Shown here one piece after another: positions 1 to 14,191 of a DNA stretch of 64,000 nt. The DNA is taken from NCBI RefSeq assembly GCF_009914755.1, contig NC_060934.1. One strand, 5' to 3'. Positions within the stretch are counted from its first letter, which is position 1. Every line of letters begins with the position of its first letter. Source of the DNA: the human T2T-CHM13v2.0 reference genome, Homo sapiens. The notes under the pieces were generated by a model. The model did no database searches and had not been told where the DNA came from. It saw nothing but the letters and a program-made list of their open reading frames with translations. The position numbers and the translations under genes were made by a program.

Positions 1-175
1 CTATTTCCACTCTTGGGACATTGAAAGTGTTTATTAAAAGGACTGTACTGTGTGATTTTTTGCCTTGACTCAAAAGCCACTGGATGACTGAAGAAGGGAG
101 GTTTTAAAAATAGGTATTATGGATCATATTAGTACAGTTTCATGATAAAAGTGACTCAGAGATTGGGAGCTAGGC

Positions 176-343
176 CAATGCCTCTGAAACTTTAACAAGC
201 TTACAAATCACCTGGGAATCTGGTTAAAATGCATATTCTGATTTCTTAGTTCTAGGCTTGAGCCGGTCTGATATTCTGTTTCTAATAAGGTCTCAGGTGA
301 TATAGTTGTGGGTAGGCCATAGGCCACACTTTGGGTTGCAAGG
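176..343. mobile_element. MER5-family (hAT-Charlie) non-autonomous DNA transposon remnant
   Basis: aatcacctggga...tctggttaaaatgca...tttctaataag...caggtgat...ggccacactttg resembles the MER5A/MER5A1 consensus. Confidence 0.65.
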
Positions 344-801
344 ATTTAGCTATTAGTTTTGAGAGCAGAAATCTTAGCTTAAATTTAGGTGCCTGCCAAC
401 AGTATGTTTCATGGAATTCTCATTCTGGTACCTAATTAAAAATGTCAGTTGTATCCAGCAACTGTTGTATTATTCATGTGCATGGAAGTTCATATCTGAG
501 GAAAGTACAGTCAAGAATGATCAACAAATATGTGTGATAGATTTAGCTAAAAAGTAGAGATAAACAGTTTTTCTCTTAAATGCATTCCTAAAAACTCTCT
601 TTGATCTTCGGCTATCACACATACACTGCCAGTTGTGTTGGCATCTTATTTTTACAAATTGTGCAATATGTTTCTTTAAAAATTTTACCAGTTGCTAATT
701 GCTGTACACAAGGTCATTGTGTGGGCTCTAATAGCTGATTGCAGCCTTTAACTAGAAAGTCTGTTTAAGAGGAAATAAGTCACCAGAAAATACTTAATCT
801 A

Positions 802-1561
<760 letters not shown>

Positions 1562-4500
1562 AGAGAGTACATTGGATTATCCATAGATGTGGAAAATCTT
1601 ACTCCTCTTCTATATTTTAAGCCTAAGGAAGCTCACTCAATTTCAGAGGTCTGACAGTTACAATAATGAATGTAACTATAAAGGAGTAGTAAGACATCAT
1701 CCCATTTCACAGAAATAGAGTGATAAAATTTTGCAGAATGCTGCTATGCTGGTTCTGTCTTTACACTACTATTGTGCTCAGTGAATTCTTAGAATAAAAC
1801 ACGTACAAGGAGAATGTGATAGTGTAGATTTTTGACATTTTTCAAAAGAAAGTATCCTTTGATATTGAACAGTCCTTTTACTATATTTATTACGAATGTG
1901 AAAATCTGATGGAGTTTTTGTGTGTGAAATATTTCCTTTTGGGGGGATCTTAAACTGATAGATGTTTAACATGTGGCTGCAAAATCAGAAAATTGTGCAA
2001 AGGGAAGGCAAAGATTAATCCTGAAGAAGTGCACATCTTGGACCTCCAAGTGTATTGAAATCTTCCAAATGCTTGTAGGTGTCAGGTTGGCTTCCACAGA
2101 AGATGAGAATGAAAGCATGTGAAAGCACGTAATTGAAAAGGAGAAATACTGCATTGGTTCATGAATAGGCAGAAGGAGACCTTTGTTCTGTAGAGAGGCA
2201 GGATTAATGCAGTGATGAGGTGTCATCTGAACCAAGTCACGAAGAAAGTGTCAGAAGATAGCCAGGTGTCAAGGTCATACTAGATAGCGTGTTTTACACA
2301 GATAACCAGGAGCAAGATTTTAAACTTCATTGTGTACGACACTAAGGTGTTTAGAATTTATCAGGAAGGTACTTGGAAACTGCTATACAATATTAAATAC
2401 AGAAAGGCAAGTTTGCAATGATGCTCCTACCTGATTGCTATGGGAACTGAATCAGAAATCCCAAATCTAGGAGTGAAAAGATGAGTTAAATTTAGATTAG
2501 AATTGTTGTGGTGTGACATGAGATAGTGGTTAGGGGAAAGGCTGTGGATGAGCATATGAATTTCAGAAATATTTAGATTTCTACTCATTCATTTAAATTA
2601 ATCAATATTGCTGAAATTTTGCCTGAACTTCTGTTCCTTGCTTGATTCTGAAGGTTAATTGCAGGTCTCTGTCATTGCCTTTCCTGGCAGAGTGGCCTGA
2701 TGCTACCTTGACAGCCCCTATCTAATGTGGGTTGAGAATCGGCCTTGTTTCTTCCACTCTGTGTTGCCAAAGGTTGTGTTAACCGACAGCAAAATCTATT
2801 TCAGTCTTTTCTGTTTGGGTAATTTGCAAAAACACATGGATTTTAAACTTCTGATTTTCTCCCATTCATTTTCTTTTAGCATATTGATGAGGGCTTTACT
2901 TTGCAAAGAAGAAAGTGTACTGAAAATAGTAAATCAGACAGAAGTGATATCTGCAATTATTGCTCACCCTCAAAAAAGATAATGAGGATTAAAATAGAGT
3001 ATCATATATCTTGCTCAATTATAGATTATTCTTAGCTTGACATGTCAGCTCTTTATTGAAACAAAAATGGAAAAAATCCATAGCTGTCCTTCAAAGAGTT
3101 CCATGAAGAATAACTGAATTTTCTCTTTGATGCTTCACTGTTAGCTAATTGAGTTTACTTATAGTTATGGCATGAAAATAGACTTTAGAATGATACATGC
3201 AGGTTGTAAAATTATTAACTGCATTAGTCATATAATTTATTTTCAGAACAAGAATTATGTTTCAGGGTGAATAATATTCTTGCATTCTCCATGTTCAAAG
3301 AGAAATCTCATATTTAATCTCCCCATTCCCCAAGGGATCCTAAGATTAATTATATGATCATCACATCCAGTTCTTTCTACTTTAATTCCATAGCCATTCA
3401 TGAGGACTTTAATATATCCTTACTCTGCATTAAATAGTGACAGTGATAGGTGAATTTGAATATAGAGAATGCCAAGTAACAGTCAATCAGCTGACTTGCT
3501 ATTTTATCATTTTGCAAACATATTTCTCTTCTTTGCCTATACTAATTTCCAAGAGGACATATCAAACATACTCAGATGAAAATTATTATTTTCAATATGA
3601 AAATTATAGTTCAGCCCCAATGTCATAGGTCTAAATATTTGTCTAGTTGATTTTTTAAAATCATGTTAAAATTAATTGTTTTGGTAGTTCAGAATATGTC
3701 CATTCTTTATATGTTGAACGAAGGGCTCAGGATGAAGGAACAAGTGGCCATTGAGTATGGGCTGGAACTCAGGAGCAGGGAGGTCAGAAGATGCAGGAGG
3801 CCTCCGTTCTCCTGGTGGCTCATGGAGAGGTGTGCTGGGGCCAGAGTGCTGCTGGATGCACCCACAGAGGGACGGTACTCCTGGGAGGGAATTCTTTGCT
3901 CTCCCAAGCATGGAAGGGGGATTGTACAGGGAAATTCACATTTGAGGATCCCACACCATATGGTCCAGGCTTAACTGCCAGCAGTTTAGCAAAGTGTGAA
4001 AAACGTCATCCACCAGCGCCTAGATTGGAGTTACCAGGGCTCAAGGAATATTGAATTCAGCTCAGCTCATGTCCCTGTGGGGGCCATAACTCATCTTCTC
4101 AGCTATCTGTTTTCCTGGCAATAAGGAGAGAGCTTCTGGGATCATTCACTGGGCAATCCCATTCCATATCAATCGATTAGGCCTTAAAGACTAGGTTTTC
4201 TTCCTGTGATTTTCAGAATCACAAATGGAATAATGAATTGATTGTAGCTCAAAGGCTAAATAAATCTGAGTTGGCACAGACATGCTGATAGCATTATTTT
4301 TATTACTGCATATGGGGGAACATCAGAGCTACTACTTATTTCCATGAAGATCTGTAGTATGATGAATCTACTCTGTCCGTGAACTTATGTACAAAGACTA
4401 ATGCCAGTTGGGTACACGAATCACAGTGAGTCTTTGCCATTTATTTTATCATACAAATTAATGTGTACTCAACAATTTAGCACCAATTCACTGAAAACAT

Positions 4501-4796
4501 GAAGGATGATAGTGTCTGATAAACAGTGACGTTCTGTAATTGTATGGTGGCAACCAGAATTTTCTATGAACCTTCCCCAAAAATGTCTCTTGTGTCTTTG
4601 TCAAATATTGTGACTTAGATGGAAACACTATTAGGTAGACACATCGATAGGCCATTACAAATAGAGAAGGCATTTAATTTTTTTCTCTGATTATCTAAAC
4701 ATATGTATGAAAAGTTGTGTTTCTATTTTTAAGCAATGATTAATATTTACACTCTGCTAAATATTCAGGGAGTTATACTTCACCTTGTATTTCTGA

Positions 4797-5163
<367 letters not shown>

Positions 5164-5693
5164 TGATAAGGGTCTCCTTATAAAAATATTTGCATGTCTT
5201 ATCCATGCATTGCTTTTGTGTTTGTGATAGAAATATTTGCTAACATGTCACTCTATGAACTATTAAAGAAGGCATCAAATACTCAAATGTTCAAGAAAAG
5301 ATGGTAACGTTTAGAATGAAAAGAGACTGCCTTAGTTTTCTTTTTGTGTTTCCCTGAAAGAAAACACTTCTGTTCATGCCCGAGCAATGCATAGATGTCT
5401 GAATCTGTCTAGAAACAAAAGTACTGAACTTGGCAGCCCTTGGGAACGGTTGTTTTGAGTTATTTTCTATATGTTATTTCAAGCTTTAGCTATTAAATTG
5501 AAGTAATAGTTTGGAATCCATTGCACTGAATTGAATGAATGTGACAAACTATTACGGCTGGAACTATTTGGCTTTTATAAGTAATTTCTAACTCTTTTGT
5601 AAACTTTATATATTTATGCAGTCTCTAGCTTAAAGAACAAAGCTATATAAATCATTAATATTCACCTTTTAGATAATATCTAGAGATTTGTCC

Positions 5694-5762
5694 CTATCAA
5701 TCTGTTTATCTATCTACCTACATACCTACCTATCTACCTACCTGCCTACGTAGCGTCTATCT
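5694..5762. repeat. Degenerate (TCTA/CCTA)n tetranucleotide repeat
   Basis: tatctatctacctacatacctacctatctacctacc. Confidence 0.75.
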
Positions 5763-6704
5763 CTTTTATTTTGAATTCACAGTGTGGTTCCCATTTGTGC
5801 CCAAAACAATTTGAAAGAAAAACTTACAAAGAAAACTTTAATTAATATTGTTTAAATTTTTAAAATTCACATGTTATATCACCTCTTATTAAGGAACTCT
5901 TTTAGGTACTTCCAAAACTGAAGATGTTTTATTTCATGACAGGATTTTTTACCTAAAAATAATGCTCCCTGATCTTTTGTGGTTTAATGAAAATTTTTAT
6001 AATTTTCAAAGATGAATGCATTGATTTTGATTCTCGGTTTTTTTCCTAAGAACATTTAGGTTATAATATTCTTCCTTTTTCTAAGATTATAGTGCTTTGC
6101 ACAGTGTTTATTATTTGAATGGAAATCTTTACTAGTTCTGTCATTTAAAACTAGTACAGAGTAAAAGCTAATTTAAAATTTTATGCTCTGAAAATGTTTA
6201 CAAGGTATCTCACCAAACCTTCCCAAAGAACTGAAAACAATTCATTTGTCCATTGTAAACAGGATTATAGAATTATCTGTTATCTTAAAAACCAGGTATA
6301 AATGATCATCTTCTTTTTCTTTAACATATTTTAATAAAAAATGACTTATCTTCCTCTGTCCACTGAGTAATCAGATACTGCTTTATTTCTTTTACGAGTA
6401 AATGAGGTTAATCTTCATCAGAATAGAAGAGTGTCACATTCAAATGGGAGAAATGTAGTTAAATAAGGCTTTGTAAGGAAACAACTATGAATAAATACAG
6501 AAATGTGCTAGAACAAAATTATAAGTATTCATTAGAAATTTTTCTCATGTTACCAATTGTACCAGATGATAGTAAAATTATCTCCTAAAGGCAAACACAC
6601 TTTTTAGAGAAATCTTTTACATTCACTATTCCTCAAAACTCTATGGAAAGTAATGTTTTCTATCATGTGCATAAGGAAATAACATGATTTAGTACATTCA
6701 GAAG

Positions 6705-7018
6705 TCTTCCTTCCTTCCCTCCCTCCCTCCCTTGTTTCCTTCCTTCCTTCCTTCCTTCCCTCCTTCCTTCCCTCCTTCCTTCCTTCCTCTCTCCCTCTCT
6801 CTTTCTCTCCTTCCTTCCTTTTTTCCTTCCTTCCTTCCTTCCCTCCCCCCACTTTCCTTCCTTCCTTCTCCCCACCTCCCTCCCTCCTTCCCTTTCCTTC
6901 CTTCCTTCCTTCCTTCCTTGCTTCCTTCCTTCCTTCCTTCCTTCCTTCCTTCTTTCCTTCCTTCCTTCCCCTCTCTCTCTTTCTTTCTTTCTTTTTTTTC
7001 CTTTCTTTCTCTCTTTCT
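6705..7018. repeat. Compound (CCTT)n/(CCCT)n/(CTTT)n polypyrimidine microsatellite, ~314 bp
   Basis: Almost purely C/T on the + strand; source of the low-complexity ORFs at 6604-7040. Confidence 0.97.
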
Positions 7019-7859
7019 GTCATCAACCCATCCAAGGTAAATCTGTTTATTTCAGGACACCTTCTTGAAGCAGCTATAGCTCAGTTACTTATTGGTCCAT
7101 AAGTAACTAAAATGGAAATTAAAATTACTTTTGCCGTGAGAGTCAAAATGTTATTTTGCTCCCTTGAATAAGTTTGCTATGGTTTGAGCAGATTTAGAAT
7201 GTATTTAATAGGCTTTGTTCAGATAGTTTTGTTGCTGAACAATAATTATAACAGCCATTTCAAGGATTTTAAAAAATTTTGCTTTGTCCATGTATATCTC
7301 TTATCTTGTTACTAAAGAGAGAATGTGATATATTCTGCACACAATCACAAAAGAAAAAACTCTATTTTTATCTTTTCCTTAAGGACAATGTTGAAACATT
7401 TCAAAGAGAACATTTTTTTTTTCCAGTTAGTGATCACTGGTGAATGCAAATTGCAGTAAATGGTAAATGGCTGTGGCACTGTTCCTCCTGATTTTCTATT
7501 GACTTTTTAAATGTTTGTCAGAAAGAATCGAGGAAGAGAAAATGATTTTCAGCTTTGAAGCAGTCCGTGAGATAAAGCCAGGAGTGAGCTGACAGCAGGG
7601 AATCAGAATCTGGGACAAATATTAATTTTCTCACTTTACTCCATTTTATTCCAACAGAGCTTTCCCCCAGTCATCCTCTCTCTGCTCAATGGCCACCTTA
7701 TCAATGTATCATTGTCTTCCTTTGGGCTGCAGTTGCAAAATTAGGAACTCAAGAACTTGGCATTGCCAGCAGTGCTTTTAAAAATCCTTATGTCTTGGCA
7801 AGGTTGGAATATACTAAAGTGGTTTTTTTTCCAAAGTCTCTAAAGAGAAATTTGGCAAT

Positions 7860-7948
7860 TTGTATGTGTGTGCACGTGTCTGTGTGTTTGTGTGTGAGTT
7901 TGTGTATGTTTGTATGTATATGTATGTGCATACTCAACATGTGTGCAT
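7860..7948. repeat. Degenerate (TG)n repeat
   Basis: tgtatgtgtgtgcacgtgtctgtgtgtttgtgtgtg... Confidence 0.8.
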
Positions 7949-10539
7949 TATTTCAAAGGATTTTAAAAATGACTTTTGTGGGAGAAATTAATGGTGGCTT
8001 GGATAGCCCTTGTACATGATACTTATTGTCCTCTTCAATTAGATGTTATTTCACTGAGCATTACAATCAACATAAACTAAACAGGTACATGGAAGACTGG
8101 CCAAGACTCCATTTGCTCCACTGAATTCCTTAAACTTTATATGCTCTCCAGTTTGTGGCTCTGGAAGACAAGGAAGAGAGACAATGAAAAGAGACCAAGT
8201 ATAATCGATTAAAAAAAAACAGAGATCAGAAATTATGAAAAGATAGAGAGAGGATACGATGGTGAACCCAACATTCTGGGCACCATAAATGGCAATCTCC
8301 AATTCTCTCATCCTCATTGGCCTCCTTCCAATACAAGCACATAAATCCCCGTGAGCCTTGTCCACTTCGGTTTGTTCCAACCATCGTGTTCACTCTCCTT
8401 TCTTATTGGCAAATTTGCCCTCTCAACCAAGTATTTCTTTTTACTAAGAACTCATATACTAGTAACGACTTCTGTAGTCTGAAACCATTCCCCATGTCAC
8501 CATTATGGCAAAGCCATCACGAGTATAAAGTACATTCTCTTCTGGAATAAGTGAAAGGGCCTCTCTATTTAAATCAAGGTTTGGAAAATTAAACTCTCTG
8601 GATATCGCTCCAAACCAAGAAGCCATGAAATGACTGGACTGTTTCAAAAGACCAAGTCTGGGGAAAATCTAACTGAGATTGGAATCTCCTTGAGAAAAGA
8701 AACAATGCTGGGTACTTTGCTCATGTTCATAAAGCATCCATTGATTTGAAGCAACTTGTATGGATGTAGGGAAAGTAGTGTTTAACTGAGGGTTAGACAT
8801 AAAACCAAAAAGGATAGAGAGACTACTTCCTTTCTGACCAAGAAAACCAAGACTCATTTGTGGTTTGGACTGGAAGTAAAACGGAGTCCATGTGACAAGA
8901 AGTAGAACTAGGTTGCTAACAAAAGTCTGACATTTTTACTTGACCATTTCCACACTAAAATGAATAGTGAAGTAGAATATGTGATTATAGCTTCGCCACT
9001 GGGATTCTTTGTCTAGCAGTAGATTTGTTTTCGCACTCAAATTATCTGAGTACCATTTTCTTCTGCAAAAGAATACACTGATGAAAAACAGAGGAAAGTA
9101 AGTTAGTTACAGAGGGAATGAGAAAGTGTTTACCTGGTGGCCATGGTGTCAAAATCTGTCTACTCTCAGGCACAGGACAGTGCTTAGTACCTTCTGGAAA
9201 CCACCCTTGTCTACTATAGTCCTCAATAACCTATGCTGATCAAAGCTCAAGCTACCTGCACATATTTTCTTCTTCCTTCTTCTCCTGTGTCTTGGATGAG
9301 TTACAGACTTGAGGCCATCCACATACAAAATAAGAGTCAGATGAAGCAGTGCTTATATTAGCAGCCTCACTCCTTGTGGAATTCTGGAACAGAGCAAAGT
9401 GAAACCACCAGCAGTTTCCAAAGACAATGAGGGGGCTTACAGGGAAAACATCTTCCTGGCTTTAGCATGCTGCAGCTTCTGTTCCACATTGGTCTTTTTG
9501 CTTCCGAGGTGGCTGTTTTTACCTACTTAGCTAATTTCCTCTCTGCTTTCTCTCCTAGGCAATCACAAATTGAAATGCTGCAAAGCACACATGCCTGGAG
9601 AAAGAGAGAGGCAGAGAGAGATAAATAGAGAGAGAGAAACGAGAAGCACCTTACTGATTCCCGTTGGTGTCAGTGATGACAGACAACCTGAAGCCACTGC
9701 TGTGAATCTTAAACTGCCCTCCCTGAGTGCTGATTGGGCTTTGTCAGTAGGGAGCAGGCATCACAGTGCTTCTAGGGGGGCAGGGGCCACTGGGCAGCTA
9801 AGTAGAATAAAGGGAACAAGGCTGATCAAAACATGGGACCCTTCCAGGGTTGTGCACCCATTTGCTCCTTGTAGACTCATTCATGCCCCTCCTCAGGTTC
9901 TCTTCATGCAGTAATCCATCTCTCAACCTCCTCAGGGTATCAAGAAATACCTGTTTCCAAGTTCCCCTGCGATGCGATCAATCTGAAATTTCTCTTTCCA
10001 TCTTCCTGAAGTATTATGTATCTGCCTAGTTCTCACATGAAGAAACCGAATTCCAGTTTTAAAGAGGGCTCTATTAACCACTATTTTGGATCGATTACTC
10101 CCTTTGCCCTCACACAGACTTCCTCCGAACAGAATTCATCCGAACAAATAGTAGAGGAGGTTTCCACTTCCTCAATTACTAGCACATACCAAATTTGTTT
10201 TCCTGAGTTCATGAAAGTTAACTTGACTAGAGTTCTAAGGATTTCAAACTTTTCAGTTCCATATTTCTTTTTCATTCTCGTATTTAAAGATGATCACTGC
10301 ACTTACATTTGATGAGCAAATTCAAGTGGGCTTGGAGTCATGCAGGTAAATAGTTCCGGTGTTAAAAGAAGGAGAAAGACAGAAGACCACATAGCATGAG
10401 TTATCTTAAGAGGTTTTCTTTCTGGATGCAGGAGAATAGTGGGGCATGGGGACCATGGGGACCATAAGGAGAATGCCCAGCCTAACAGGACAGCCATTAC
10501 CCAGCTGTGGAGGATTAGGGGCATGTAGGAACCTGGGCC

Positions 10540-10700
10540 CAGGATGCCAGATCTCCTAGTTTCTCCAGAGACATCCGAACGCTTACATATTGGCTATTCA
10601 TTCATTATTTCTTAGTCATATGTAGCCCAACACAGTGATGGCAAAACAAAATATTTCTACAGGGCCATCTCTCCAATGGGCCCCCAGTTGCTATTGCTAG
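10540..10700. mobile_element. Probable MER103C-like hAT remnant
   Basis: caggatgccagatctcc...ccagaga...caaaacaaaatatttctacagggcc...gggcccccagttg resembles the recalled MER103C consensus. Confidence 0.5.
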
Positions 10701-11521
10701 TGTACACCATGCAAATGACTCATCACCTTCCTGATGTAATCTTACTAGGCCTTCTCTCCAGAAAACATTTTATTCCAGATTCCAGGAGACACTTCACTGC
10801 TGTCTACCTGTTTTCCCCATACTATGTTGAGTTGAAATCAGTAAAAGATATATGATTCTTGGATATATATTCCAGACTTCTTCTCTACTATTCTCCTATA
10901 CTTATTTTATTTAAGCACTATCCAGATGAAATACTTCCTTTTGCTTCTATTAAGAACAAATCATTAAAAATAAGAAATGGAAGATAGTTTTAGAGCTCTC
11001 ATCTCCACTAGTGATTTTGAAGAGAGTTTCCAAGATCATGTTCATATTTCTCTGAAATATTAGTTTTTGAAATTGCAGTCACAGGAAATTTACTGCCTGC
11101 TTATAAGCGGTTTACTACTCCAAGTTTTCAAAAGTATTTAAACATATGGAGAAAAAAGCTCACATCTACTATTAATTGCATGTAAATATTGTCATTTAAA
11201 CAATGACATTTCTTCATGTAATCATTTTTTTCTTCTTTTTTTTTAATACTGAAACATTTTAGACTTGCCAGCAAGACTTTAGAAAGTCAACATGATTTGA
11301 AACATTGGCAAAAGATTCAATTTTTAATAAGACAGGAGCTGTTCTATGGTGATTACTAGTTTCCTAAAAATAAACAAATGAGGTTAAGTTGTAGGATCAT
11401 ATGAACACCACATATGTGGATCGAGTATATATAAAATAGCTATAACTATTTCTAAATTGTCTGTAGATTTGAAGGGGAAAAAAAAGAATCATGCTCAGCT
11501 AAATAAAAAGAAATGGAACTT

Positions 11522-11650
11522 GGCTGGACATGGCAGCTCATGCCTGTGATCCCAGCACTTTGGGAGGCCAAGGCGAGAGGATCCCTTTAGCCCAGGAGTT
11601 CAAGACCAGCCAGGGTAACATAGAGAGACAGCGTATCAATTTAAGAAAAA
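11522..11650 (+). mobile_element. FLAM_C / Alu left monomer
   Basis: Single arm ggctggacatggcagctcatgcctgtgatcccagcactttgggagg...aacatagagagac followed by an A-rich end. Confidence 0.88.
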
Positions 11651-11979
11651 ATTTTTTAAATAATGAAGCTCAACCAAATAAAAAAGAATGAAAACCAAAT
11701 AGCTGACTGTTTTAGGGGCAAACTTTGACTCCAATAACTGGTAGAATTTCTTCTCATGATTGTAACAATTTCTACAGATATAGCTAGCTGATATCTTATG
11801 CAAGACACTGGTTTTAGAGGTGTGATGAAGTAACTGGGTCCAGTGTAGATTGAGAAATTACAGGCAAGGGCAGGGTCAGGACCCACATCTTCTATTTGTA
11901 GCTACTGATTTGGGCAGACCCTTTCCCCTGCACCCCGACATTGCACCTTTTCTGCTGGTTCCTGGTAATTGATGCCTGG

Positions 11980-12360
11980 TGCTATGAACTGAATTTTATC
12001 CACTTAAATTCATATGTTGAAGCCCTAGCCCCCAATGTGACTGTATATAGAGATAGGGTTTTTAGGAGGCAATTAAGGTTAATGAGGTCATAAGGACGGA
12101 GTCCTAATCTGATAGGATTGGTGGGCTTATAAAAAGAGAGAGAAAAAGACATCCCTCTCCATTCACACACATTGAGGAAAGGCCATGTGAGGACACAGTG
12201 GGAAAGTGGCCATCTGAAGACCAGGAAGAGAGTCCTCACAAGAACCTGATTATTTTGGCACCTTGACACTGAACTTCCAGCCTCTAAAAATTGTGAGACA
12301 ATGAATTTATCTTGGTTAAGTCATCTAGTCTATGGTATTTTGCTGTGGCCACTAAGCTGC
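11980..12360 (+). mobile_element. MLT1A-like MaLR LTR
   Basis: tgctatgaactgaatt...ttcatatgttgaagcccta...gaacttccagcctct...gtctatggtattttg. Confidence 0.88.
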
Positions 12361-12526
12361 CATGGCAGCACAGGCATATTAAGACTATATATGTGGAAAA
12401 ATGTTCTATTACACAACATTTTTCCAAAAGGGATCCTCATGAAACTTCCATCCGTTGAACACCTAACCTGCCAATCTGATCTCAGCTATGAGTGTAGGGT
12501 ACTTTTTAAAAAAGAAAACAAAAATC

Positions 12527-12694
12527 TCTTTTCTTTTCTTTCTTTTTTTTTTTATTTTTTGTTTTTTCTTTTGAGGCAGGGCTTGCTCTGTCACAGTCAG
12601 AGCTCACTAGAGCCTTGAATTCCTGGGCTCAGGTGATCCTCCTGCCTTGGCCTCCTGAAAAGGTGGGGCTACAAACACATGCCACCACACCCAG

Positions 12695-12727
<33 letters not shown>

Positions 12728-12813
12728 GTAGAGAGGTTGTCTTATTATGTTACCCAGGCTGGTCTTGAACTCCCAGCATCAAGCAATCCTCCTGCCTCAG
12801 CCACCCAAAGCAC
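12527..12813 (-). mobile_element. AluJ SINE with expanded central poly(T) linker
   Basis: Diverged antisense Alu arms; about 39 T at 12699-12727. Confidence 0.9.
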
Positions 12814-13722
12814 CTTTTTATTAAAAGAGAATACAACTCCTCTTGAATCCTGTGACTGGCTGCATGGATAGCCGACAATACCAGACTCCTAGTACATCTT
12901 CACTCCCAGTTCCTCATGGTCCATTTCCCAGTGAACTTGTGATCATTTATCTCCTAGACAAAAGAAGCCACTTTAATTTTCCAGACTATACAGTTTCTCT
13001 TTCTTCATTCATATGGACTCCTTCTGGTTATGGTGCTGGAGATTTCATAACCACCTGTATATATGTATCTCTGTTCATGAGATATATATATATATGTATA
13101 TAAGTGTATTCATATATATATATGTGTATCTCCGTTCATGATCTATTATTTGTAAACACTATTCCTTAATGTTCTTAAAGCTTTAGGCTATTTTTGAAAC
13201 TGATTTGGGTAGCTAAATCCTTTATATCTGTAACACATTTTGCATATGTCAACAGAACTACTCACAGTTGCATATATTATTCAATAAACATTAATGCCTG
13301 ATGAGAAAACTGAACATCAATTAGCAGTCCTTTTTTTCCTTATACCCAAGATAATCCTATTTAGAATGAGGTATTGCATAAGATAAATAGTGTCCTAAGA
13401 GCTCTGACCCAGGTAAAAGAGGACATGCCAGAAATAAAACCTGGAAAGGAAAGGTAGAGGAGAAGACAAAAAGTAATCTGGAGCTTTTTGGAAAATTCAG
13501 AATAATTTCCTGTTATTTCCTGTCTGAATAGCAAACAACTGGTCACAGTTTACTTCCAGAACTATTTTTAAACGTCACTAAACAAAATATAGTATACAGT
13601 TAAGCATAGTTAAAAAGATGTCAGATATTATAAAACACATTTTATATCCACACATAGGAAACATTTGCACATTCTCAAAAGCCTTTGCTCAAAATCTTCT
13701 TATGGTAACTTTATCCTGTTTT

Positions 13723-13959
13723 TTTTGTTTGTTTGTTTTTGTTTTGTTTTAGCACATAGTTACTTCCATTTTATTTTTATTTTTATTTTTAAATTTTATT
13801 TTAAGTTATGGGATACATGCGCAGAATGTGCAGATTTATTACTTAGGTATATACATGCCCTGGTGGTTTGCTGCACCTATCAATTCATCATCTAGGTTTT
13901 CAGCCCCGCATGCATTAGGATTTGTCCTAATGCTTTCCCTCCCCTTGACAGGCCCTGGT
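13723..13959 (-). mobile_element. Short L1PA 3'-end insertion with double A-tail and 18-bp TSD
   Basis: L1 3'UTR (gggatacatgcgcagaatgtgcag...cctaatgctttccctcccc); TSD gtaa(c/t)tttatcctgtttt at 13705-13722 and 13960-13977. Confidence 0.88.
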
Positions 13960-14191
13960 GTAATTTTATCCTGTTTTAAGTGAGAAAATTCTGTTTTAGA
14001 CATTTTAATTGATTAAATTGTTTTACAATTCTTAGCCAAATTTTTCATCCACAGATTATTCACATATTAATCCTCATCCTGACCTCTGTACACAATAAGG
14101 CCACCCCCTCTTGTCTTGCTGTGGTTTCTTCCCCATTCATTTCTCAGATGACACAAACCTCACTCATTCTGATCTTTCTCCTCCAGTCACA

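Noticed and set aside
3663-4054. Cluster of overlapping ORFs in a GC-richer patch
   Set aside because: No recognisable protein and no convincing splice-site pair; higher GC content lowers stop frequency in all frames.
6604-7040. Long K/E/R/G-rich and F/L/P/S-rich ORFs (also at 36440-36868)
   Set aside because: They are translations of stop-free (CCTT)/(CTTT) microsatellites, not genes.
13055-13142. Short direct repeats around (TA)n (also 15638-15690, 46731-46754, 54499-54518)
   Set aside because: Ordinary slippage duplications in low-complexity DNA.
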